The translations under genes were made by a program, and so were the position numbers. 64,000 nucleotides of DNA from Macrostomum hystrix (taxonomy: Eukaryota > Animalia > Platyhelminthes): NCBI GenBank assembly GCA_950097015.1, contig CATNEN010000034.1:6200001-6264000 (forward strand). Direction: 5' to 3'. The notes beneath the pieces are model-generated. The model saw only the letters and a list, made by a program, of their open reading frames with translations, ran no database searches and was not told the DNA's origin. Of this stretch, positions 26,301 through 37,519 are shown piece after piece (the stretch's first letter is position 1; each line of letters opens with the position of its first letter).

Positions 26301-28208
26301 TCGTACAAGATTGACATTGCTGCGTTTGACGACCCATCTGCTAGAAGAGAGGACACGTTTGCCACTGATCCTCCGCGCTGTCTACAGGTGACGACTTTTA
26401 TTGCTTTGTTGCTTTTTGTTGTCTTATCTAATTGCTACCAAGTCAATCTTCCAGTCTGTAGTCTGTCAATCCTCCAGTCTGTAGTTTGTCAATCCTCTAT
26501 TCCAGGGGTCGGCAAACTTATTAGCTAGCGGGCCAAAATAGAACCTAAAAGACGACAGCGGGCCGCATTGACTGTAGAAATATATCAGAGATAGGGGAGA
26601 GATGAGACAGGGGAGCGATGAGACACGGGTGAGATGAGACGCGGGAGAGATGAGACACTGGAGAGATAAGACACAAGAGAGATGAGACAGAGAAGAGATG
26701 ACGGGGAGATAAGACACGGGAGAGATGAGACAGAGAAGAGATGACGGGGAGACGAGACAGAGAAGAGATGACCGGGAGATAAGGCTGAGAAGAGATGACG
26801 GGGAAATGAGACAGAGGAGAGATTAGACAGGGGAGAGATGAGACACGGGAGAGATAAGACAGAGAAGAGATGACGGGGAGATGAGGCAGAGAAGAGATTA
26901 GACAGGGGAGAGATGAGACACAGGAGAGATGAGACAGAGAAGAGACGAGACACGGGAGAGGTGAGACAAAGGAGAGATAAGACACGGGAGAGATGAAACA
27001 GAGAAGAGACGAGACACGGGAGAGGTGAGACAGAGGAGAGATAAGACACGGGAGAGATGAAACAAAGAAGAGACGAGACACGGGAGAGGTGAGACAAAGG
27101 AGAGATAAGACACGGGAGGGATGAAACAGTATACCATAGGTGTCGGAAGGGGCAACGGGCCGGATTTGAGAGCTTTCAGAGCCGCATCTGGCCCGCGGGC
27201 CAGAGTTTGCCGACCTCTGCTCTAGTTTGTAGTCTGTCAATCGTCCAGTCTGTAGGGTGTCAATCCTCCAGTCTGTAGTCTGTCAATCTTCCAGTCTATA
27301 GTCTGTCAATCTTCCAGTCTGTAGTCTGTCAATCTTCCAGTCTGTAGTCTGTCAATCTTCCAGTCTATAGGGTGTCAATCCTCCAGTCTGTAGTCTGTCA
27401 ATCTTCCAGTCTGTAGTCTGTCAATCCTCCAGTCTGTAGTCTGTCAATCCTCCAGTCTGTTGGGTGTCAATCTTCCAGTCTATATTCTGTCAATCTTCCA
27501 GTCTATATTCTGTCAATCTTCCAGTCTGTAGCCTGTCAATCTTCCAGTCTGTAGTCTGTCAATCCTCCAGTCTGTAGTCTGTCAATCTTCCAGTCTATAG
27601 GGTGTCAATCCTCCAGTCTGTAGTCTGTCAATTTTCCAGTCTATAGTAAGTGTGTGGCTGTTACCCAACTACCCGTTGATTGCCTCAGGTGTACCGCATC
27701 AGTGACGGCACCCGCCTAGCAAATTATCTGTTTGAGACCAATCCTGTTGGCTTCTGTCTATTCGGCCAGCACGACCGCGACCTCCTGGTGCTGATGCAAA
27801 ACTCGCCTCTACAGCTATTTAGCCTCGTTGAACTGCCAGAAGAACAGGGTGATGTGAGGATGGCGGCTGATACTCCAAAAGATTCCATGGTGGCAACGAC
27901 AGACTCGGACACTGGGCAAAACAGCGAAGATTCTTATCAAACTAAACTGGACTGCCTTCGTAAGTTCAACTGACGTCTCCCAATCCGGCACAATGTTCCC
28001 ATGGTACCCCCGATAACCACAGTCAGACTTTGCGTAGCTTAATCAAGACATTACCCGAAACCACCTGCCAGGCGTTGTCCTTGGCCTAGCCTTCGTGGAG
28101 CTGGCTGTCGCTCGACCGGCTGACCCGATCGTCTTTCTGGCCGAGGCATTGCTTCGCCTGGGGCCACACGGCGCACCTCCAGCTGGAGCAAATGGACTGA
28201 AGAACTAG
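20350..28208 (+). CDS. DUF4062-NACHT STAND NTPase (NWD1/NWD2-type) with divergent C-terminal region and terminal Dpy-30-like motif, ~1989 aa
   Basis: Exons 20350-21009, 21180-22601, 22685-23062, 23182-26151, 26256-26387, 27689-27959, 28072-28208. The first five introns are phase 0 and the last is phase 1. Motifs: [12 protein letters not shown]...ERNYL...DMRWGV (DUF4062), Walker A GDSGSGKT, Walker [35 protein letters not shown] (NWD-type). If the last intron is retained the frame stops at 27973. Start codon uncertain. Confidence 0.85.
26445..27648. repeat. Minisatellite, 23-bp unit GTCTGTCAATCTTCCAGTCTGTA, interrupted by a MITE
   Basis: Units lie on both sides of the 26503-27219 insertion in intron 5 of the NACHT gene. 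Confidence 0.9.
26503..27219. mobile_element. Non-autonomous hAT (Charlie-like) element carrying an internal GA-rich tandem array
   Basis: TIRs CAGGGGTCGGCAAACT (26503-26518) and AGTTTGCCGACCTCTG (27204-27219) match 15/16; 8-bp flanks CTCTATTC / CTCTAGTT match 6/8; internal GAGATGAGACACGGGA-type repeats at ~26587-27125. Confidence 0.85.
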
Positions 28209-28300
28209 AAAGACCCGCAGCCAGCGAGGAGGCCGCGGAATAGAGCTCAGGGACCTTGGTGCGAGAAGCAAACGGGTTTACGGCTCTGCCACTCAGCCCA
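28209..28300 (-). mobile_element. SINE family B, internally deleted copy in the NACHT gene 3' UTR
   Basis: GAGTGGCAGAG...AAGGTCCCTGAGCTCTATTCC (head as at 9870-9950) joined to CCTCCTCGCTGGCTGCGGGTCT (as at 31337-31358). Confidence 0.6.
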
Positions 28301-28635
28301 ATGATATACACTTAATGCGCGTGTTTAATTTTTCTAACCAATTTTTTAGATTTGTTATTATAAAGTTGCAATATCCTCATTTTTATTCAGATGATTTTAA
28401 TTCGAGCCTTTTTATTTTACATAGTAAATCATCACAAAGAGATAATATTTTAAACAAGTGACTTAAAAAATAACACTTACTTTTAAATAAAGACGGTCAA
28501 TGCTGGACTTGCTTGTCCGGTTTTACTTGACTGTGAATACAGCAAAAGCTTTACATGTGTATTACTATTAGTAGCACACGGAGAATCAGAAATATATTTA
28601 TCAACTTTCCCATAAATTCCATTACGCTCGTACAT

Positions 28636-28777
28636 ATTCCTCACTAGATTTCTCCGATTCCTCACTAGATTTCTCCGAATTCTCACTAGATTTCTCCGAT
28701 TCCTCACTAGATTTCTCCGAATTCTCACTAGATTTCTCCGATTCCTCACTAGATTTCTCCGATTTCTCACTAGATTT
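28636..28777. repeat. Minisatellite, 21-bp unit ATTCCTCACTAGATTTCTCCG, ~6.5 copies
   Basis: Tandem array. Confidence 0.9.
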
Positions 28778-29235
28778 TATTAAATTGGACTAATCGCAAT
28801 CGGTTCCATATCAGTCTGATGAACATAGTCGAAATGAAGTACGTGTCGATACTATTTTGGTCGATAAACTTTTGTCCAGACTAGCATACTCAATGCATAC
28901 TCAATGCAGTACTTACTCCCATGAAAACAATGCGTGTGTGGCCTGATCTAAAATCAATAACATGCAGTCTTACGAAACAGCATTAGCTCTGAATAAGCTT
29001 TAAACGTGCAATTTCATGCCGTCTCATTGGGCCATGTCCAAGATCGATTTCGGCGTTTAGCCCGAAAGTCTGATTCACAAGGACTTTTAAATGTCCTATA
29101 AATAACATTAGCGCAAATTTTGATAGCTATTATTGATGGCACGTTGCACTTAAAACGTAAAATTATAAATCTATGTGTAGCCCACCTTCGAATCCCCGAA
29201 ATGTTTTTCATACATTTCTCCCATTCCCTCGATTC

Positions 29236-30141
29236 CTCACATTATCTAGATTTATCCCATTTCATACTCGTAGTTAAATGATATATCCTAGATGTATCCC
29301 ATTTCCTAGATTTATCCCATTTCCTAGATTTGTCCCATTTCCTAGATTTATCCCATTTCCTAGATTTATCTCATTTCCTAGATTTATCACATTTCCTAGA
29401 TTTATCCCATTTCCTAGATTTATCCCATTTCCTAGATTTATCATATTTCCTAGATTTGTCCCATTTCCTAGATTTATCCCATTTCCTAGATTTATCCCAT
29501 TTCCTAGATTTATCCCATTTCCTAGATTCATCCCATTTCCTAGATTTATCCCATTTCCTAGATTTATCCCATTTCCTAGATGTATCCCATTTCCTAGATT
29601 TATCCCATTTCCTAGATTTGTCCCATTTCCTAGATTTATCCCATTTCCTAGATTTATCTCATTTCCTAGATTTATCACATTTCCTAGATTTGTCCCATTT
29701 CCTAGATTTATCCCATTTCCTAGATTTGTCCCGTTTCCTAGATTTATCTCATTTCCTAGATTTATCCCATTTCCTAGATTTATCACATTTCCTAGATTTA
29801 TCCCATTTCCTAGATTTATCCCATTTCCTAGATTTATCCCATTTCCTAGATTTATCACATTTCCTAGATTTATCTCATTTCCTAGATTTATCACATTTCC
29901 TAGATTTATCCCATTTCCTAGATTTGTCCCGTTTCCTAGATTTATCCCATTTCCTAGATTTATCCCATTTCCTAGATTTATCCCATTTCCTAGATTTATC
30001 CCATTTCCTAGATTTGTCCCATTTCCTAGATTTATCCCATTTCCTAGATTTATCTCATTTCCTAGATTTATCACATTTCCTAGATTTATCCCATTTCCTA
30101 GATTTATCCCATTTCCTATATTTATCATATTTCCTAGATTT
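29236..30141. repeat. Minisatellite, 18-bp unit ATTTCCTAGATTTATCCC, ~50 copies
   Basis: Tandem array; produces 6-aa-periodic ORFs on both strands. Confidence 0.95.
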
Positions 30142-31010
30142 CCTTAGTTTTATATATTTCTCCTATTCTTGTAGTCTCTTTTTATCCAAAAATACTGGGA
30201 TTAAAGTTTTCATAAAAAGTGTCCTGATCTTAACTTAATAATCTGTAGTCTTATAACATCGCTCGCACCATTGGCACAGATTTTGAGTCCGCGTCAATTC
30301 ATATTTCGATATCTTAAATTTGCACTTTTTCTGAGTAATAAAGCTTTTCACCGGTAAATAGTTTAGCTACATGTCTAGCTTGGGGCATGCATCAGTGTGT
30401 GTGTAGCATTTTCAAACATTAATCTTGCTTAATCTAAATAATGCAATGGAAAAGCATCACTAATTTTAATATTCGTTAGAATTAATAACATCGCACTCTC
30501 AGCCTGTTGCCCACTCACAGCCTGCGTGAATTGAATTTCACCTGTGTGTGTGTGTGACCTCCTACTGTTTCTGGAATTTTTTCATTCGTTCCACTCAATG
30601 GCGTGTTGTGTCTCTCTGTCCCTCTTTCTCTGTGTGTGTGTGTGTGTGTGTGTGTGTTTCTGTCATGCTGTTCGTGGCCAGTTGCTTTACAAAAACTAGT
30701 CGGATCCAGTTCTTGTAAGTCTCTATATCTATTTCGATTTCTACTCTAATTCACTTCTCGCCAAACATTTTCCCAAGAAGACAAAAACTTCAGCTCTGTA
30801 GGGGGGGGTTGGTAGGGGAAGCGGAGGTTGAGGCGCAGAAACCGCATATGTTATTCTGCATTCAAAGCTGGACTAATCCGGAGCTCAGTGAGGGTGTGGC
30901 CGCGGCGGGGGGTGGTCGGCGCTCTTTCTTCGGCGGAGTGGGGTGGGCGGTCTTGTTTACGCCGCTAGACGAACAGCGGTGACGCCAGCGGAGGCCAGCA
31001 GTTGGTTTTT

Positions 31011-31463
31011 TATAAATAGGCGAGTAATGCATTCCTGTCACCAATACTATTCTTGAGTGTTGATAGCTCCACTGAAGACTCATACACATTTTTACTGAAT
31101 TTTCTAGTCTACGGACATTGTTTTCCGGGGTAAGTTTTCATTGTAAGTAGTGAAAATGCCACATTCATTTGGGGCGCAGCCGTGGAGAGAAGGCTTGGGG
31201 GCTTGTCGTGCAATTTACGCCCTTGAGGGCCTGACGATGAGAAAGTCAGGGCAGATGTACACACCTGTGTGAGCGTGGCCTGCGTACAGTATCTGTGTGC
31301 GTGTGTGCTCAGGAGTCAGCGAAATGGGCATAATTGCCTCCTCGATGGCTGCGGGTCTAGTGTCACCAAACGATGTGTCACTGCCCGCAGACCCTCAAAT
31401 ACTATTGTTATTATTAATAATATTATTTACAAATCCTCATTCTTGGTCTCAAAATATTCCTAG
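31011..31463 (+). promoter_or_regulatory. CDO promoter TATA box and 5'-UTR intron
   Basis: TATAAATA at 31011; GTAAGT donor at 31130; TTCCTAG acceptor ending 31463, 38 nt before the ATG. Confidence 0.5.
31170..31420 (+). mobile_element. SINE family B copy in the putative CDO 5'-UTR intron
   Basis: Shares AATTTACGCC...GAGGGC, CTGACGATGAGAAAGTC, GGAGTCAGCG and GCGGGTCTAGTGTCACCAA with the other copies; ends in a TTA-rich tail. Confidence 0.7.
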
Positions 31464-31501
31464 ATTCGTGATAGCAGTCATACAGCGCACTCTGCGAAGT
31501 C

Positions 31502-33187
31502 ATGGACAGAATCCTCGTGCACTCTAGCGAACAGGTCGGCATGCGAGTACCAAAGAGGTACCGCGACGAGAAGAGCATTGTCCAGCCAGCCGACCTCAAC
31601 GAGCTGATCGCCGAAATCGACAAGATCTTCAGCGAGGACACTGTCAATGTAGATTATGTACGGGCTTTGATGGAATCTTATCAGAGCAATCCTCAGGACT
31701 GGCGCGACTATGCCAAGTTTGATCCCCATCGGTACACAAGGAATTTGGTCAGCGAGGGCAACGGCAAGTACAATATGATGCTGCTGTGCTGGAACGAAGG
31801 CCAGGGCTCCTCCATTCACGACCACGCCAACAGCCACTGCTTCATGAAGGTCCTGCAGGGCGAGCTAGTTGAGACTCAGTACTATTGGCCTACTAAGAAG
31901 GGCCAACCGATGGCACTCAAGCAAACTACTCAGCTACTCATAGATCAGTGCGCGTATATCGATGGTGAGTTCTAAAAACGCCAAACATTGCTTAACAGTT
32001 CCCAACTATTCTTTGTGCTACACCCGAACGGAGCAACGTAAGCACACGAAACTCAAGAACACGGGCCAACTTTTTGTTGCGCATCTTCTGAAACAAGAAT
32101 CAAGTCGCCAGCTCTTCAGACCGTCCAGATATTCAATGGTTCTGGCCGAAGGTCAGATTTTTCCCATAAGCGCTAGTGTATTTCATATACCCCTATACAC
32201 GAATTAGCACAAAATGACAAAAATGACAAAACTTATCAGCATGTCACCCGAATGTGCCTGCATCATCTCCGTCTTCGGTGGTCACGTACCTCTATCTTGA
32301 CGGACTGCTGGGCCTTCAAGGGCTACAACTGGTGGAAATAGGCTGCAGTATAGACACCCTGACGCAAAATTCTCAAATTTTACTGATCAAGCCTAAATAT
32401 TAGGCGCAGCTCAACCACAGGACACCCTCGCCTAGTCTGTCAACCAATTAGTCACCTCCCGCCTCCCCGCTGCGTCCGTCGGACCGCCCTGCAGATAAGT
32501 CAAGTAAGTCAAGTCACCACCCGGGGGGGATTTGGCCCCCTTTGTATAAAGTTTAGGTGGCAAAATGGCTTGGTAATCCTTCTAAATCTAAATATACATC
32601 TAGTGAACTGGGTGCTGAATGCATAATAATTTAATTGAATTGTTCAGATACTATCGGCCTGCACCGAGTTGAGAATCCGTCACACGTTGACACGGCCATC
32701 ACTTTGCACCTGTACATTCCGCCCTACTCCGAGTGCCACTGCTTCGATGAGAACACTGGCAAACAGCGGACCGCACGAGTCACCTTCTGGAGCAAGTACG
32801 GCCAAAGAACCATGGAACCGGTGAGTTGATTGTTCACGTGACTGCAGTTAATCAGTTCGGTTGCTCTTCTACCTGAACTTGTAGATTAAAACTCTAGACA
32901 GACAGGGTCACAGATGCCATGCGCGCACCTGCTGGCTGTACCAGCTAAACAAGCACGTTGTTTCACAAAATAAAGTTAGCAAGATAAGTGAGAGATTTTG
33001 TTGAACTTTTGTAGAATCAGAAGCAGGCAGATCTAGATTTTACTAGAAATTTCTTCTAAAGCTAGGAACGAACCCTAGCGGACTAACCCAAAAAGAGTGT
33101 GTAATTATCTCAACTAGTTTGTATTCGTGCCTTGTTTGTTTAAATTTTCAGCCAACAGAGAGCGCCGATCCGGCGGAGGGCAAGTGA
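31502..33187 (+). CDS. CDO1: Cysteine dioxygenase type 1, 223 aa
   Basis: Exons 31502-31964, 32648-32820, 33152-33187 (phases 1, 0). Has YTRN (Arg60), [10 protein letters not shown] (His86, His88, Cys93), IGLHRVEN (His140) and TLHLY (His155, Tyr157; rat numbering). Confidence 0.95.
32011..32210. mobile_element. Second copy (one arm only) of the foldback repeat
   Basis: Aligns to 3001-3194 and ends at the inner boundary of the inverted arm; lies in CDO intron 1. Confidence 0.7.
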
Positions 33188-34264
33188 AGGCCAATAAGGT
33201 TCTGGCGCGCGATACGCAAAACAGCTTTGTGTAGTTCTGCTAGCTTCTGTTCAGCTAAAATTATTGCTTTCTTGTTTTTTCTGCTGCCAAAAAGCCCCTT
33301 GAATGGCCTGTCTCCAATGAGATGGTACCATTAGAAATCGGAAGGCTTGAACTGTGAAAAAAGCCTGTATCAAAAACGCGAAAAAGACACGCAGATTTCA
33401 TTATTATTCCGCTGTGAACTAATTAGAGAATTTGTAATTTTTAGCGTTGCGCCTGTCTATTTAGTTCACCCACAATGTGCAAAGAAGCATATGTACTTTT
33501 ATTTTGGTTTCACGGCCCTTTTTTGTTTGTTTCTTTTCCTAATGTGGTTTCATTGAAGGCTAAATTGTTGATTTTCGTATCAAAGCATATTGCAATAAAT
33601 TTGCTTTGTTAATATTCCCTAGTGTTTTGTTATACTGTCTTAAAGTGGCGTTTTTTTAATTGTCTCGAAAAATCGATTAAGTTTTTTTATTGTTTTAGCC
33701 TTAACTCCGTGATTTTGAATTAATTCAATCTAATCAATATGCCTATAACCATAAGTCCACAACGGAAATTTCTGACTGATTCATTAGATTTATATTGGCT
33801 AAATACTGGGTTCTTAATTCAGAAATAGTAACCTATTCGCTCCATTGTGATATTATTATGACTTTAATTTCCATGTTTTGGTTAGAAATCATAGCACGTT
33901 GACTGGCTTTAAAAGTTTTGAATTTTTCCAAAATGGTACTTTTAAACATTACAATTGTTTATGATTCTACCAGCTTACGAAAGTTTCTAGCACATATTCA
34001 CTAAAAAACGATAAATAAAAATATTCACCCGACACAGCCTCGTACTTTTGATACGATTGGATACACGAGAACATTTGGTCGGGCACCAAATGCAAAATTC
34101 CTGTACCAAAATAGTACTCTGACCGATATACCACGAAAAATTGGTATAATCAATATGTTACTACTCATGTCAGTAGAGTAGTGCGAATCGTAGGATTTTT
34201 ATGCATGGCTGGCTACCTGTATACTCACTCATAACTTTAGTCATTTACCTCTATTCTAAGGCTC

Positions 34265-35215
34265 CTAACTGACCCCCACTGCATCCGCTGCCTTCTACTG
34301 ACCCCCCACTGCATCCGCTGCCATCTACTGACCCCCACTGCATCCGCTGCCATCTACTGACCCCCCACTGCATCAGCTGCCATCTACTGACCCCCCACTG
34401 CATCCGCTGCCTCTCATGTACTGACCCCCACTCATCTACTGACCCCCACAGAATCCGCTGCCATCTACTGACTCCCCACTGCATCCGCTGCCATCTACTG
34501 ACCCCCCACTGCATCCGCTGCCATCTATTGACCCCCCAATGCATCCGCTGCCATCTACTGACCCCCACTGCATCCGCTGCCATCTATTGACCCCCCAATG
34601 CATCCGCTGCCATATACTGACCCCCACTGCATCCGCTGCCTCTCATGTACTGACCCCCCACTGCATCCGCTGCCATCTACTGACCCCCACTGCATCCGCT
34701 GCCTCTCATGTACTGACCCCCACTGCATTCGCTGTCCCTTCACTGACAACCCGTTGCATCCGCTGCCTCCACTGACACCCACTGCATCCGCTGTCACCCA
34801 CCGACACCCCCGTTGCATCCACTGCCCCCCTCACTGACAACCCGTTGCATCCGCTGCCTCCACTGACACCCACTGCATCCGCTGTCACCCACCGACACCC
34901 CCGTTGCATCCACTGCCCCCCTCACTGACAACCCGTTGCATCCACTGCCTCCACTGACACCCACTGCATCCGCTTTCACCCACCGACACCCCCGTTGCAT
35001 CCACTGCCCCCCTCACTGACACCCCGTTGCATCCACTGCCCCCTCACTGACACCCCGTTGCATCCGCTGCCTCCACTGACACCCACTGCATCCGCTGTCA
35101 CCCACCGACACCCCCGTTGCATCCACTGCCCCCCTCACTGACACCCCGTTGCATCCGCTGCTACCCACTGACACCCCGTTGCATCCGCTGCCCCTTACTG
35201 ACACCCCCATTGCAA
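34265..35215. repeat. C-rich minisatellite, 29-30-bp unit CCATCTACTGACCCCC(C)ACTGCATCCGCTG, with a 91-bp higher-order block
   Basis: Tandem array; the 91-bp block starts recur at 34741, 34832, 34923 and 35014. Confidence 0.9.
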
Positions 35216-36504
35216 ATTATATATGCTCAATGTCTTAGCTAATTAAGCCGTGTAACCGTGGAATCAAAACTGATCATCACGACTCTCTGATGAGCTTGAA
35301 AACAATAGACTGCATTAAAATCACTTGTTCTATTTAATTCACTTTAGCATAAATCGAATTAGCAAGGAAATACTAGCCATTGCGCAATGTACAGGGGTCC
35401 AGACTGTCTGGCCCCAGTAACTCGCGCGGACTTCCCGCAAATCAACACAACGCAACGCGCGCCGCAGATCCGATTTCGCCTATTTTTTCGACGGAAAAAA
35501 TTCTGGCAATGATAGTTAGAATGCAAACACACACACACAGAGAGAGAGAGATGACACAGGATATTGATTGATTGCAAACTTCTAGCATGAGACCTCATCT
35601 GTGAGCTGACGCAACAGACACACAGCGCTTCAGCCACTGTCCGGCCCATAGAAGTATAAATTTTCTTTCTAAATTTTCCTCACAAAGCATAATTTTGACG
35701 GGCCAAACGCAAAAAAATGCTGACGCAACGCTGCATAAACTCACGGCAGCCTTTTGGGGCCTCGAGGACCCCCCACATAAGCGAGTTGCGCCATCATTTT
35801 TCATTAATTTTCCAAGCGGGTTAGGGTATCCTCCCCAACAGGGATAAAACAGATGTCCCGCCAGGCTTCGTCCGTAAATTAGAGTTTGAATTTGAGATTG
35901 GAAACTTCATTTTGCTACTAGAAGAAGTCTCGCTTCTTTTTAAGTTTTGATTTAGAATTTTTTTGCCAAAAGAAATCGAAAACGACTCAGGAGGCTCTCA
36001 AGAAAAAAAGAGCCCAAAAAGCAATATCTTTCTTATTAGAAAAAAAGTTTCCAGAGTCCAATTTTAAGAAGCGTCAGAGAGTTGAGTTTTGAGAATATTT
36101 CTTTTCCGAAACAAAAATAACAGCATGGATGGTCAAGTCTACCCGGGTGGAAGGACTAGAAAGTTCGTTTGACCAGCACATCTGCTGCCGGGGGTAAATA
36201 ATTATGGCAGACCTTAACTTTAACCTTCTTTCTCTCCAAGGAGTCAGTGATCTGTGCACTCGCGCGCAAAAGCTCCTAGCAGTTCCGGCCATAGACAGCG
36301 AGATCGAGAGCAGTGCCAGATGGCATTGAGGCTGCTTGGCTGAAATTGCGCAAGATGCTCTGAGAACAGCATCTTCCGCCTTCTCTTTCTGGGAATAAAA
36401 ATTGATGAGAAATCGGATTTCGCGAAGCTCTGTTAGATTAAAAAAATGTGTCTCACCGACCCCCACTGCATACGCCTTGGGTGGGATTTGGGATTTGGGA
36501 TAGG

Positions 36505-36750
36505 GACAGTTAGGATTTCATTGAGTTGGGATTTCATTGATTTGGGATTTCATTGATTTGGGATTTCATTGAGTTGGGATTTCATTGAGTTGGGATTTCA
36601 TTGAGTTGGGATTTCATTGGGTTGGGATTTCATTGAGTTGAGATTTCATTGACTTGGGATTTCATTGACTTGGGATTTCATTGAGTTGGGATTTCATTGG
36701 GTTGGGATTTCATTGAGTTGGGATTTCATTGGGTTGGGATTTCGTTGAGT
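36505..36750. repeat. Minisatellite, 16-bp unit TGGGATTTCATTGAGT, ~15 copies
   Basis: Tandem array. Confidence 0.9.
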
Positions 36751-37519
36751 CGTGATCTTATCGAGATTATGAAATACACCATTTTAAATCTCGTAAACTA
36801 TTTGAATTCAAAGTTATCATAAGCTACTTCACAGAACAGTAAATCTAGCAATAAAATTGTTCATTATTTTTGGTGTAAAATGATGTTGAGCAGTTCATGC
36901 TCACAGCCCTTCTCATCTGCAGATAAGCTCGTCCGATAAAACTGAAGCGTAAGCCGATTTTTTTTCTCCAAAAATGATTTTGGGGGGGGGCGGCTGTTTA
37001 GGGCCGACATCTGGCCGGCTTTCAGCGACAAACTCTGGTCAGGTGGCTGGGTACCCCCCCCAGCATTTTTCGGATTGTGCAACACGACTCTGCGAGTCTG
37101 GGCCACCAGATCCCCTCTCAAATGCTCCTTCATCATTTTTCACCCCTCGTCCTGCTCTCCGCCCCACTCAGCGCGCGGCAAAGTGTCGCCTCCGTGTCGA
37201 AAAGTTTTTATTGGCTAATTGCAGAGTGTCCACTTTTATGGCCGCACCCTCCCCCCAATTCAAAAACTAGGGATTCCTTCATTTGTAGCGAACTTGGAAT
37301 TATCCTCAATCTGCTGATCCCATCTCTCTCCTCATGGCTGTCTCTATCCTCTGTGCAGACGGTGGCCACCCTAACTGTGCTCAAAATCAGGGCTCAAATA
37401 TTGCCTCAAGGATTTATTGTTAGGGTAGAACATTTATGACTGGGCCACCAGTTCACTTTCCCTAATCAAATTGAAATTAAATAGGTTCTACCTTCACCAT
37501 GGCTTATGCCCTACATCAG

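Noticed and set aside
29274-30238. Long repetitive ORFs (GNGINL, FPRFIP and LSHFLD repeats) resembling ice-binding or low-complexity proteins
   Set aside because: They are translations of an 18-bp minisatellite open in several frames on both strands, with no splice sites or unique coding flanks.
31219-31245. Hammerhead-like core CTGACGA...GAAA in SINE family B
   Set aside because: CCTGAC pairs with GTCAGG around the GATGAGAAA loop, which leaves no stem II between CUGANGA and GAAA, and I found no stem I/III with an NUH site. An Infernal search with hammerhead models would settle it.
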